Source: Gammaproteobacteria bacterium
Lineage (GTDB): Bacteria > Pseudomonadota > Gammaproteobacteria > Ga0077536
Assembly (NCBI GenBank): GCA_963662545.2
Contig: CAXXLL010000003.1
Span: forward strand, 1,376,001-1,440,000
Direction: 5' to 3'
DNA: 64,000 bases
This document shows positions 49,457 through 59,755 of this stretch, piece by piece. Within the stretch, counting starts at the first letter, position 1. Each line of letters opens with the position of its first letter. The position numbers and the translations under genes were made by a program. The notes under the pieces were generated by a model. That model searched no databases, had not been told where the DNA came from, and saw only the letters and a program-made list of their open reading frames with translations.

Positions 49457-50242
49457 TTAATCCTGACGGGATAGAAAACCCAAAATGACGCGATTGAATG
49501 CTTCGGGTTTTTCGGCGTACCCGATGTGACCCACGCCGTCGATCAAATGGTACTCGGAGCCTTCGATGCGCTCGCTGAGCGCCTGACCTTTCTCCGGGGG
49601 AATGACGCGGTCTTCGCTACCCGAGACAACGATGGTGGGGCAACGAATTTGATGCACCCGGTCGGTCAAATCGAATACCGCCAGGGCGCCAGCGAGTACA
49701 TGCACGTATGGTTCAAGTTCGTTATCCGCGATCATTTCGCGCAACCATTCCTCCACGAACGGATCCGCCGGTTGTGCCAGGGCCTGTGATGCAACGAGCC
49801 CCGCGTATTTATCCATCGAGTCCTTTTTAAGCGCTTCCAACCGCTCGGTCATGACGTCCTCCGGAATACCGAGTTCGGATCCCGTATGGCAAAGCATCAC
49901 GCTGCGAACAAGATCCGGTGCTTTGAGCGCGATCGTCTGCGCGATGAAACCACCCATAGACACGCCGAGAAAATGGACCGCCGGGAGATCCAGCTCGCGG
50001 CAGACACCGATCACATCATCGGTCATCAATTCGATTGAATAGTCCTCGGCATTCGGCGGTTTACTGGAGCGACCGAAGCCGCGCAAATCGAGTGCGATCA
50101 CGTGATATCGCTCCGCAAAGGGTCGCACTTGATGGACCCATAAACTCGCATTCGCACCCAACCCGTGAATGAGCACCAGCGGTTCACCCTGCCCCCATTG
50201 CCTAACATTGAGGCCAACGTTTCCAATCTGCATTAAGGCCAT
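49457..50242 (-). CDS. Alpha/beta hydrolase (PcaD-like)
   Basis: IHGLG, DLRGFGRS, GVSMGG nucleophile elbow, GSEDRVIP, GVGH. Confidence 0.9.
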   Translation of the reverse strand: MALMQIGNVGLNVRQWGQGEPLVLIHGLGANASLWVHQVRPFAERYHVIALDLRGFGRSSKPPNAEDYSIELMTDDVIGVCRELDLPAVHFLGVSMGGFIAQTIALKAPDLVRSVMLCHTGSELGIPEDVMTERLEALKKDSMDKYAGLVASQALAQPADPFVEEWLREMIADNELEPYVHVLAGALAVFDLTDRVHQIRCPTIVVSGSEDRVIPPEKGQALSERIEGSEYHLIDGVGHIGYAEKPEAFNRVILGFLSRQD

Positions 50243-50311
50243 CGAAGGGATCTCCGATTAAATTACGGTAAGATTATATGCAGGTTGGATGCGCCAACCG
50301 CAGCTTGATGT

Positions 50312-50650
50312 CGATACACCCAACCACTGATAGCGCGCATACCACCGATAAAACGTCGGCCTCGATACGCCCAGCGTCGCCAGAGTTCGCCCAGCTGACA
50401 GATGCGACCGCTCGACCAAACGGATAATCTCAAGCTTCTCTGATACGGGAAGCCTCATTCTCGGTCGGCCCCATCCCTTAAGCCATGCTTTTTTTGAGCA
50501 GGCGGTTCTCCAGCAGCGTCTCGGCCAACGCCTCCTTCAAATCACCCGTCTCCCGGCGCAGGCTCCTGACCTCATCAGAGGTCGCTTCACGGGCCGTATC
50601 CCCGGACAACCGTTTCTTACCCGCTTCCAAAAACTCCTTCGACCCGCCTG
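50312..50650 (-). pseudogene. IS3-type transposase remnant (orfA tail and orfB start)
   Basis: SKEFLEAGKKRLSGDTAREATSDEV...ENRLLKK, then MRLPVSEKLEIIRLVE; both ends truncated; boundaries approximate. Confidence 0.75.
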
Positions 50651-50657
50651 CAACGAT

Positions 50658-50924
50658 TTAAGCCGTAATCACATAACCAATGACGCCGCTACTCTCTTTC
50701 GAGAAAATCACAGCCAATGCGTCAAACTCCAGATACCAGACGACAAAAAGTGAGACTACGGCGGCGATTGGCTCTTTGAGATCTTTGCCGTCAATCTTCT
50801 TGATTACCGGCTGCCACTCGAACGGAACAGCCAATGCCCTCTCTATAGCGAAAGAAAGAAACACAATGGCGCCGATCGCTTCCGCCGCGACGTCCGAATT
50901 AATTCCAAACATCATGGGATCCAT
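50658..50924 (-). CDS. Small membrane protein, possibly truncated
   Basis: Hydrophobic segments (FAIERAL motif); ends next to the IS remnant. Confidence 0.45.
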   Translation of the reverse strand: MDPMMFGINSDVAAEAIGAIVFLSFAIERALAVPFEWQPVIKKIDGKDLKEPIAAVVSLFVVWYLEFDALAVIFSKESSGVIGYVITA

Positions 50925-51626
50925 AGCTAAATCCTTTTGAGTGCCGTTAGTGAAGTTTGTTGAAACGTTTTCAGAGGCTGTCTGTTTATAATTCTCAGGG
51001 ACGGATGGTTAGAGATCGGAAATTGCTGAAGCATTCCGTAACCCTAGAAGGGCAGCGTTACTCTTTCCAGTTTGTAGCAAACTGGTCTAGAGGAAACTTG
51101 TATTTGAGCCCAATGTAGTATTGCAGCTCATCCTCTACCGAGTTTTCGATGCTGTTGTCGTCGGTCACGGTCCTTCCAAAGCCGACATAAGCGTCAAAGC
51201 TTATTGGCTCTAAGATTAGTCGGCGCGACCAATCTTTCGACTTGAGGGTTCCCCAAGCTGTGTTGGACTTCATGCTTCGGTATTTGTTTATCGCAGCCTG
51301 CCCACCAAACAGGAAATACAGGTCGCGAATGATTGGCTTGCCGAAATACCCGAATTTGACGCTGTAAGCCGTCTCGTCTTCATCAAGCTGTTCGGTGATA
51401 CCAGTGGCGCCCGCAATCTCACTTCCGGTGGTATTGGTCCAACCAAGGTCTCCCTTGAAGGCAGCACTTCCAAGCAGGACGTTCCATCCGAGATTCTCGA
51501 CATACTCCTTATCTCGGAGCTGACGTTTTTCCGAGTAAGTCAGCTTCGCCGGTGCATCGCTGGTTGAGTTTACTGATTGCGCGGCCGCATTGACTGTCGC
51601 TACGAAAGCCAAAGCGACCATAAATA

Positions 51627-53102
51627 GTCGTCCCTGAAAAAGCGCCCATATGATTGAAAAACTGAGGAACTTTGTCTCGAATGGTCGATCCGATCTTGCA
51701 AGGTATTGACAGTGTGGCGGTCAAAAGCTTGCAAAAAAGGAGGGGCGATGAAACCGAGAGAGACAGAGAAAAGCGATGTTGGGGATTTGTTCCGTGAGCG
51801 TCTTGAGAATCTGATCGATTGTCGGCATCCGCTGGCGAAGTTGTCGGAGGTGGTCGACTGGCCGGTGTTCGAGGAGGCGTTCGGTGCGTTGTATGACGCA
51901 GAGCAAGGGCGGCCTGGTGTCCCGATCCGATTGATGGTTGGGCTGCATTATTTGAAACACGCGTTTGACCGGTCAGACGAAGAAGTGGTGTTGGGCTGGG
52001 TCGAGAATCCGTACTGGCAGTATTTTTGTGGTGAGGAATATTTTCAACATCGGCTGCCAATCGATCCTTCACAGATGATGCGTTTTCGCCAGCGGATAGG
52101 TGAAGCGGGCTGCGCGTTGATGTTGAAGCAGACGGTGGCGGTGGGACTCAAGACGAAGACCATAACGCGGCGGTCGTTTGCAAGCGTGACGGTGGACACG
52201 ACGGTGCAGGAGAAAGCGGTGGCGTTTCCGACCGATGCACGCTTGTATCATAAGGCGCGGGTAGGGTTGGTCAGAGAGGCGCAGCGCTCGGGGGTGGCGT
52301 TGCGTCAGAGTTACGTGCGCGTGGGTAAGCGTGCCTTATTTATGCACAACCGCTATCTGGCGGCGCGGCAGAATCGACGGGGTCGTCGTCAATTGAGGAA
52401 GCTGAAGGTGTATTTAGGCCGGGTATTGCGGGATATTGATCGCAAGCTTCAGAGCGTGGCGCCGGCGCAGCGCGCGGCCTTGGAAGCCTTAATGCCGCCG
52501 GTCCGGCGGCTGTTGAAGCAAGGCCGCAAGGATCGCAACAAGCTCTACAGCATTCATGCGCCGGAAGTGGAGTGTCTGGCCAAAGGCAAGAGCCACAAAC
52601 GCTATGAGTTTGGCGTGAAGGTCAGTGTCGCGACCGGCACCAAGAATAATTTTGTATTTGGCATGCAGAGCCTGCCGGGTAATCCTTATGATGGCCATAC
52701 GTTGTGTGATGCGCTTGACCAAGTCGAACACATGACCGGTCGACGACCGGCGCATTGTTTTGTTGATCGCGGATACCGAGGTCACGATGAGACCGCTACG
52801 ACGGTCATCGTGGCGGGGCAGAAGCGTGGCATGACGCCCAGCTTGAAACGACAACTAAAACGTCGCAATGCGATCGAGCCCGTGATTGGCCATCTGAAAT
52901 CTGACGGTCGATTGGATCGAAATTACCTCAAGGGAACCCTCGGCGACAGCATGAATGCGCTGCTGGTCGGTGCCGGACACAACATCCGCCTGTTACTGCG
53001 CACGCTGAGGTTATATTTTGTGCCGTTCTTAGGCGCCTTTGACCCGCCCGACACGCCACGACCTTGCCGCGCTGCATGAAAACCGGGTTTTTCAGGGACG
53101 AC
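51627..53102 (+). mobile_element. IS5-family insertion sequence
   Basis: IR GTCGTCCCTGAAAAA / TTTTTCAGGGACGAC; 6-bp TAAATA duplication. Confidence 0.92.
51748..53079 (+). CDS. IS5 transposase
   Basis: ENPYWQYFCG, VDTTVQEK, KRYEFGVK, VDRGYRG, IEPVIGHLK. Confidence 0.93.
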   Translation: MKPRETEKSDVGDLFRERLENLIDCRHPLAKLSEVVDWPVFEEAFGALYDAEQGRPGVPIRLMVGLHYLKHAFDRSDEEVVLGWVENPYWQYFCGEEYFQHRLPIDPSQMMRFRQRIGEAGCALMLKQTVAVGLKTKTITRRSFASVTVDTTVQEKAVAFPTDARLYHKARVGLVREAQRSGVALRQSYVRVGKRALFMHNRYLAARQNRRGRRQLRKLKVYLGRVLRDIDRKLQSVAPAQRAALEALMPPVRRLLKQGRKDRNKLYSIHAPEVECLAKGKSHKRYEFGVKVSVATGTKNNFVFGMQSLPGNPYDGHTLCDALDQVEHMTGRRPAHCFVDRGYRGHDETATTVIVAGQKRGMTPSLKRQLKRRNAIEPVIGHLKSDGRLDRNYLKGTLGDSMNALLVGAGHNIRLLLRTLRLYFVPFLGAFDPPDTPRPCRAA

Positions 53103-53766
53103 TAAATAGTTGTTTGGGCATTTTGGTGTCTCCATGATTCTTCTTTCTCTATTCTTAGGGGGAAGACAGCCGAGCAGAAACAGGTCGCACCTAAAAGTGT
53201 GCTTAACTGGTGTCGGTTCTATTTGCGGTCCCAAAAGCAATTTTGGGCCAGAGCATCGCATGCTCCAAACTCGCCGTTATGCGAATCCCAAACCTGCGAT
53301 TCACTCCTCCCCTCCGTAAGTCCAGCAGAACTAGACCAGTGAGACTCAAAGCTACCTTTCTTAAACTCGGTATGTAAACCAAGATACATTACGACTCAAT
53401 TAAACGTACCCAAGATAGGTTAGAGCACGTCGTTAATGTAAAAGGCACACTCCTCATCACTGACGATGTACATAGCATGGCCGCAAATTTGGGGGAAAAG
53501 TCGGAGACTCCTGCTGGTACCGCCTAGAAAGTCCAATATTGGAAGGTCGTAGCAATTTAATTCCAAAATCCAATTTTAGAAATCGCAATCCACCCTATTT
53601 GGGGCAGATTGGTAAAACATCGCACGTACTACAAGTTGATTGGGACAACAGGACACAGCAGTGTTCGTGGTCGGTACAACGTAACCGGTCAATCCAGGCC
53701 GTTATTCACGGTCTCGGGCAGATGGTTTAGTTTGCCAGGTTTCCCAGTCAATCGGGAGCTTGGTAA

Positions 53767-54057
53767 ATGAATGATCACGGAAAACCTCGGAACAAACGAC
53801 GTAGTGCGGATGAGTGGCGTGGCCTATTAGCGGAGCAGGCACAAAGCGGTTCATCGATCCGCGCATTCTGTGCTGAGCGAGGAATTGGATATTCGACGTT
53901 CAGTAAAAGGAAGTCGAGGTCAGCGAGGGACGCTCAGATAGGGAAGGCGGAAACACGTTTCGTCGAGTTGGCCCCGTTACAACCATTAACCAATGCACAA
54001 TGGGATATCGAGTTAGCGCTCGGTGATGACATCGTGCTACGTGTGTCACGGCACTGA
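53767..54057 (+). CDS. tnpA: IS66 accessory protein TnpA
   Basis: SGSSIRAFC HTH; FVEL. Confidence 0.8.
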   Translation: MNDHGKPRNKRRSADEWRGLLAEQAQSGSSIRAFCAERGIGYSTFSKRKSRSARDAQIGKAETRFVELAPLQPLTNAQWDIELALGDDIVLRVSRH

Positions 54058-54425
54058 TGTGGTCGCCCCCATCGGGTTTGCGTATATGGTTATGTCGGGC
54101 ACCGACTGATATGCGTCAATCGTTCCATGGTTTATCGGCGTTGGTGCGGCAGGCGTTACACGAGGAGCCCCTCGATGGGGCACTGTACGTTTTCATCAAT
54201 CGCCGGCGTACGTTATTAAAAGCGCTGTACTTTGAGTCGGACGGATATTGTCTGTGGAGTAAGAAACTCGAACGCGGTCAGTTCCAGGTTCGGTGGAATA
54301 GCGAGGTCAAACAGCGGCTGCAACGCAGCGAATGGCAGTGCATTATTGAAGGGATCGATCTACGCTCAGTGCGTCGATTAAAACGGTTTCGATTACCGGA
54401 AAACGATCGACGGTCAGCAGTGTAA
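54057..54425 (+). CDS. tnpB: IS66 accessory protein TnpB
   Basis: PTDMRQSFHGL, YVFINRR, KKLERG. Confidence 0.9.
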   Translation: MWSPPSGLRIWLCRAPTDMRQSFHGLSALVRQALHEEPLDGALYVFINRRRTLLKALYFESDGYCLWSKKLERGQFQVRWNSEVKQRLQRSEWQCIIEGIDLRSVRRLKRFRLPENDRRSAV

Positions 54426-54443
54426 ACGGTACAATACGTACCC

Positions 54444-56027
54444 ATGAATGGGGGTTATGCAACGCCGGAAATATCACTTGATGCGGCGGTGTTACAAGCG
54501 GAAAACACAGCCCTCAAAACGCAGGTCGCCACACTCACCCAACAACTCGACTGGTTCAAACGCCAACTGTTCGGTCGCAAGTCTGAACGGCGGCTGATTG
54601 ATCCCAATCCCGATCAACGGTTACTCAATGGCTTCGAGGATGAGTCGTCATCGACGGCGGCGGTTGAGAAAGAAACGATCACTTATCAGCGGCGCAAAGG
54701 AAAGCGCCGTGGCGATGATTGTGTGACTGATCAAGGGTTACGTTTCGATGACTCGGTGCCGATTGAATGCATCCAATTGTCGGTACCTGAAGATGTCGCG
54801 GATGCGTTTGAAGCGAGCAGTGAAAAGATCACCTATCGTTTAGCGCAACGGCCGGCGGCCTATGTGGTCTTGAAGTACATCCAACCGGTAGTGAAGCGCA
54901 AAAGCGACGGTCAGATCTTCACGATCCCGGCGCCCGATGGTCTGTGGTCCGGCTCATTGGCGGATGTGAGTGTGGTTGCGGGGATGCTGGTTGATAAGTT
55001 CGCTTATCACCTGCCGCTGTACCGTCAACATCAACGAATGGGGCTGAACGGCATTACCGTGGCGCGGTCGAGTCTGACGCACTGGGTGCAGAAGGCAAGT
55101 GACCTGTTGAAGCCGATTTATCTGGCGCAGTTGCGGCATATCTTGTTATCGAAGACGCTGGCGATGGATGAAACGCCGATTAAGGCGGGTCGCTCGGGCA
55201 AGGGCAAGATGAACGCGGCGTGGTATTGGCCAATTTATGGCGAAGCGGATGAGATTGCGTTCACGTTTGCGCGAACCAAGGCGCGGTCGCACATCGACAA
55301 AACGTTGGTGGACTTTAAAGGCACCTTACTAACCGATGGCGCCGCGGCTTATGCGCGTTTTGCCGCCGATCGCGGCGATGAAGTCGTGCATGCGCAATGC
55401 TGGGCGCACACGCGTCGTCAGTTCGAAAGGGCATTATCCGATAGGCCACAAAGTGCGGCGCAGGCACTTGATTTGATCGCGGCACTGTATGCCGTTGAGG
55501 CCACCATCCGTGACCAGGCAATGGATGAAGCGGCGACCCAGACCTACCGCAGCCGGTACGCCTTGCCTGCGGTTGATGCATTTTTTGCCTGGCTTGACGA
55601 GCAACGCCAGTGCATGGGTTTATTACCGAGTCAGCCGTTTACGAAGGCGCTGGCCTATGCAGCCGAGCGTGAGGGCGCGTTACGTGTTTACTTATCGGAT
55701 GCGAGCGTCGCGATCGACACGAATCATTTAGAGCGCGCTCTGAGACCCATTCCGATGGGCCGAAAGAATTGGATGTTCTGTTGGACTGAGGTGGGCGCTG
55801 AACACGTTGGGATCATACAAAGTTTGATCTGTACTTGCCGAATACACGGCATTAATCCGTACACCTACCTGGTTGATGTACTCCAGAGGATCGCGATCCA
55901 TCCGGATAGCGCAGTGGAACAACTCACGCCTCGGGTGTGGAAGACATTGTTCGCTACCCAACCGCTGCGTTCTAACTTGGCCGTCGTTACCGCAACACGA
56001 GATCAATTACCAGACGCCGCCGTTTGA
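54444..56027 (+). CDS. tnpC: IS66 transposase TnpC
   Basis: HLPLYRQ, MDET, QCWAHTRR, IDTNHLERALR, GRKNW. Confidence 0.93.
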   Translation: MNGGYATPEISLDAAVLQAENTALKTQVATLTQQLDWFKRQLFGRKSERRLIDPNPDQRLLNGFEDESSSTAAVEKETITYQRRKGKRRGDDCVTDQGLRFDDSVPIECIQLSVPEDVADAFEASSEKITYRLAQRPAAYVVLKYIQPVVKRKSDGQIFTIPAPDGLWSGSLADVSVVAGMLVDKFAYHLPLYRQHQRMGLNGITVARSSLTHWVQKASDLLKPIYLAQLRHILLSKTLAMDETPIKAGRSGKGKMNAAWYWPIYGEADEIAFTFARTKARSHIDKTLVDFKGTLLTDGAAAYARFAADRGDEVVHAQCWAHTRRQFERALSDRPQSAAQALDLIAALYAVEATIRDQAMDEAATQTYRSRYALPAVDAFFAWLDEQRQCMGLLPSQPFTKALAYAAEREGALRVYLSDASVAIDTNHLERALRPIPMGRKNWMFCWTEVGAEHVGIIQSLICTCRIHGINPYTYLVDVLQRIAIHPDSAVEQLTPRVWKTLFATQPLRSNLAVVTATRDQLPDAAV

Positions 56028-56073
56028 CCGGTTACGGTACAACAAACCACTAACACTCAAAGGAGAGAACAAC

Positions 56074-57316
56074 TGACCTAGCCCGGATTTCCTGGTCCAG
56101 CTTTAAAGTGATAAATAAGCTGAACACAGGAGAACCGAACCATGCCTTCGAAACGATATAACACTGAGGAAATCATACACAAGCTACGAGAAGCCGATGT
56201 TCTTCTCAGCCAGGGTAGGACCACCGGTGAGGTATGCAAGCAGCTCGGGGTGTCAGAGCAAACGTACTATCGGTGGCGCAAGCTGTATGGCGGCATGAAG
56301 GTGGACCAGGCGAAGCGCCTGAAGACGCTGGAAGTAGAAAATGCGCGGCTGAGGCGAGCGATCGCCGGCCTGACGGTAGACAAGCGGATCCTCAAAGAGG
56401 TGGCTGAGGGAAACTACTGAGCCCGGCGCGGCGGCGGCGGGCGGTGTCACAAGTGCAATCGACTCTGGGTGTCTCGGAGCGCCGGGTGTGCCGAGCATTG
56501 GGCGTATCGCGTTCCTCTGTCCGATATACACGGCAGCCCCGCTCCGACGAGTCGTTGCTGACGCGTTCCATCGTTCGTCTGGCCGGGCAGTATGGCCGCT
56601 ATGGATATCGTCGGGTTCATGCCTTGCTCGAATCGGAAGGATAGCAGCTGAGTCACGGGCGGGTGATGCGGATCTGGCGACGTGAGGGCCTGAAAGTGCC
56701 GGCAAAACAGCCGAAGCGTGGTCGGCTGTGGCTGAACGATGGGTCGTGCATGCGGCTTCGTCCTGAGCATCGCAGCCACGTGTGGTCGTGGGATTTTGTG
56801 TTTATCCGGACCGATGACGGACGGTCGGTGAAACTGATGGTGGTGATTGACGAGTTCACGCGTGAGTGCCTGGCTATCCATGTTGCCCGACGTATTCGGG
56901 CCGGCGACGCGCTTGAGGTCTTTGCCGACCTTATGACCCGGCCCGGGATTCCTGAGCACATCCGCTCCGATAATGGTCCGGAGATGGTGGCTAAAGTCCT
57001 TCGGCGGTGGTTGAAGCGATTGGGCACCGAGACGATTTACATCACGCCAGGGAGCCCGTGGGAGAACAGATACTGTGAGTCGTTTAACGGCAAACTCCGG
57101 GACGAATTACTGAATGGGGAAATCTTCTACACGCTGAAAGAAGCCCAGGTCGTCATCGAATCCTAGCGCCGGTACTACAACACGGTACGACCGCACAGTG
57201 CACTCGGATACCGTCCTCCGGCACCAGAAACCACAACCAGAGACAACAACTTAGCAACGATAGGAAAGGCCGCTTAGACTAACTCTCAAACTGGACCAGT
57301 TTTTACGGGCAGGTCA
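56074..57316 (+). mobile_element. IS3-family element, decayed
   Basis: TG...CA ends with imperfect IR (TGACCTAGCCCG...CTGGTCCAG / CTGGACCAG...CGGGCAGGTCA); no target duplication seen. Confidence 0.88.
56142..57277 (+). pseudogene. IS3 orfAB transposase with GGGAAAC shift site and two in-frame TAG stops
   Basis: orfA 56142-56420; orfB YGYRR, WSWDF, SDNGPE, ESFNGKLRDE; TAG at 56642 and 57164. Confidence 0.85.
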
Positions 57317-57639
57317 GCTTGTGAATTGACTTCCGTACGGCCAGCGACAATGCCTATTTCTACGCACTTTAGCTCTTCCTTTCACGCGTGATTACTCGGA
57401 GAGTGGGCTTTGTTTTTCGTGTATACCACTTAGCCATTTTCTTGAAGAAGTCTTGGCGAACCCAACACACGGAAACCCTCCTATTTTTCGCAGCAATACT
57501 TGGTTTACTTGTCATTCCTTCGCGAAGCCCTGCGACATATTGGCATCAGTCTCAGACCGCAATTTAGCACCCAATATGGAGACCGTTATGATGCGCGGCT
57601 TTCGAGCCCCGACGTTTCCGTAATATTATGGGTACGGAT

Positions 57640-58449
57640 TCAAGATTTGAATAACGTCGGAAATATTTCAGGATCTGCGTAATCAGGCTGTCCATCAACG
57701 GTCCTACGGCACAAGAGATCGTTAATATGGCCACCATCGCCTGAATATTCATATCTATTGTCTGCATCCTGCAGATGTATTGCGTAACCGTATCTACATT
57801 TTTCTGATAAGTTATTGAAACTACCATGAACTAATTTGCAGTGATGAAAACTGACTTGTCCCCGGCGCATTCGCAGCACAATCCGATTCGGAAAGTAGCC
57901 GCAGTTTTTGAAGCTGTCCTCTATCTTGTTCAGATCTTGCTCGTCGAATGTGTGCATATCGAATAAGAATGGCCATTCGTGGCTTCCATCCCAAACTACC
58001 ATGGCGCCATTGCTCTCATCGACATCCCTAAGTGGCACCCACGCCGATAACATCCGCGAAGACGAACAAGTCTTCCAATATGCTTTATCGGTATGCCACC
58101 CGATGACCGATGGCCTGTCTTTTACATATGGATATTTCATGATCAGTTGATCGTGAAACAAGCGAATCGAATTAGTTCTCGCTAATCGAGACGCCATGAT
58201 GGCAATTGGGGCCGAGTGTACAAATGCTTGTACTTCCTCAAGCTGTAACGATAAATAATCACTTTGAACAACGCCGCGAACTTCCTTATTAAGAAATGAA
58301 TCACTAATTGGAAGTTGCCAATCCCTCTCGCCGGCCGCGTACCGCGATATCCCGTTTTCAAGTAATGCTAGACGATCATCATCTATTACATGATCGCTCA
58401 CCCACCAACCGTGTTCTTCGTAGAACTCTACGTCTTTACTCTTGATCAA
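57640..58449 (-). CDS. PhyH-family Fe(II)/2-oxoglutarate dioxygenase
   Basis: RLFHDQL, GWHTD (HxD), AWVPL, GSH, FHH...HGS, distal Arg. Confidence 0.9.
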   Translation of the reverse strand: MIKSKDVEFYEEHGWWVSDHVIDDDRLALLENGISRYAAGERDWQLPISDSFLNKEVRGVVQSDYLSLQLEEVQAFVHSAPIAIMASRLARTNSIRLFHDQLIMKYPYVKDRPSVIGWHTDKAYWKTCSSSRMLSAWVPLRDVDESNGAMVVWDGSHEWPFLFDMHTFDEQDLNKIEDSFKNCGYFPNRIVLRMRRGQVSFHHCKLVHGSFNNLSEKCRYGYAIHLQDADNRYEYSGDGGHINDLLCRRTVDGQPDYADPEIFPTLFKS

Positions 58450-58465
58450 TGTGCTAGCTCACTGA

Positions 58466-59755
58466 TTACGAAAGAGGAAGAGTTACGGGGCTTAATGCAT
58501 CAACAACCGGGGCAGAAGGGGCCATCAATGATCCTGCCCAACACTGGCTGTATTCTAAATAGGTACTCGATTTCCTTTCGTAACGAGCTATTACTTCATC
58601 TTGTAGTTCCGACGCGATATCGCTTATAGATTGTTCCGCAAAAACGGTTAAGGAACCTTCGTCCTTGCTTTCTCGCCAAAAGAAAGAAAGCCGACCACAA
58701 GAGGGCGTGTGCGCTTCCAATGGATCGCGCTGAAGTTGCTTCCTAGTGGATAACAATTTCGTACTAAGGCCAGCTAATTCAAAGTCTTCTAACGGATGGT
58801 GGTCACCAACAACGAAAATTGCTGGGTCAACTTCACCGCTTGCACCAAGCTGGCGACACAACAGTGCTTTTTGCTCATGGTACAGCGCACGCCTTGACAG
58901 CGACGATATAAGTGCGCTCGATATATTTTGTTGAGATCCATCAAAATTTCTTAGCGGAATTAGCGTTCCCCGGAAGTACGCTCCTCCAGCTTTTAATTCC
59001 GTTGCAGACGTTCGTCCAAGCGACGTAGTGCCAATTATTAGGTCATTGAGTCCAAATCTATCGCAGATTACGGAAGCCACTGTGCGTAAGATATTCATGA
59101 ATACAGTTACTCGGTTTCTTTTCGCGTCGCCGCGAATACGTTCCACAGTCCTTCGTGCGAGAACGCGGCGTCGGCTTAATGTGATATTTGGCAACTGAGA
59201 AGTCCTTGCAAACGGATCTACAAAAGCAGGCTTGACTTCGCATAAGGTTTCCTGCAATCGCTCAAGATCAGAAGAAGATGATTCCACGGGCTTAGGACAA
59301 TAGGATTTTTGCGGTTCGTATACTTCGTTACGTTCGCTCGATTCCAAATTTCTTGAGTAAGATTCAGAAATACATTTACTATACAGGGGAATCGACCAGC
59401 CATCAGCTATAGAGTGATGGAACGTTAAAAGTAAGAGCGCTCGGAACCTCCCTAAAAAGACAATCCGATATCGGAAATATTGGCCCCGCGAAACGGCGAG
59501 CGGCGTTAACCTCTCCTCGAGCACTCGCGCCTCTAGTGGACATGCAGTTCTTTCAAGATCACGTTCGTCGAAATGTTCGCATAGCGGCTCGTCAACGGCT
59601 CCTACTCCCTGATAACGACTCGTTAGCTCATTAATTGCTTCGCTGAATGCTTTAACTTCGAAGTGACCGTCTAGTCCAATCGCGTACGAAAGGTTTAGTA
59701 CGGACGGATCACGACAGGCTCGATGATATTGCATTAAAAATTCTTGAGTGCTCAC
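58466..59755 (-). CDS. Stand-alone NRPS condensation-domain protein
   Basis: HHSIADGWS catalytic motif; overlaps the NRPS stop codon. Confidence 0.8.
   Translation of the reverse strand: MSTQEFLMQYHRACRDPSVLNLSYAIGLDGHFEVKAFSEAINELTSRYQGVGAVDEPLCEHFDERDLERTACPLEARVLEERLTPLAVSRGQYFRYRIVFLGRFRALLLLTFHHSIADGWSIPLYSKCISESYSRNLESSERNEVYEPQKSYCPKPVESSSSDLERLQETLCEVKPAFVDPFARTSQLPNITLSRRRVLARRTVERIRGDAKRNRVTVFMNILRTVASVICDRFGLNDLIIGTTSLGRTSATELKAGGAYFRGTLIPLRNFDGSQQNISSALISSLSRRALYHEQKALLCRQLGASGEVDPAIFVVGDHHPLEDFELAGLSTKLLSTRKQLQRDPLEAHTPSCGRLSFFWRESKDEGSLTVFAEQSISDIASELQDEVIARYERKSSTYLEYSQCWAGSLMAPSAPVVDALSPVTLPLS

Larger units (their letters stand above)
51058..53121 (-). pseudogene. Exported hypothetical protein interrupted by IS5 in its signal peptide
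   Basis: Removing the IS and one TAAATA restores GGAG-N8-ATG MPKQLFMVALAFVATVNAAAQ... Confidence 0.7.
53681..56035 (+). mobile_element. IS66-family insertion sequence
   Basis: IR GTAACCGGTCAA / TTGACCGGTTAC; 8-bp GGTACAAC duplication. Confidence 0.95.

Noticed and set aside
53134-53680. Gene interrupted by IS66 in the AT-rich spacer
   Set aside because: Only short ORFs without recognisable motifs; no call can be supported
56642-57166. Two in-frame TAG codons as amber recoding (pyrrolysine or an alternative code)
   Set aside because: Both fall where IS3 transposases usually have Trp (TGG to TAG transitions), and TAG ends normal genes elsewhere in the window
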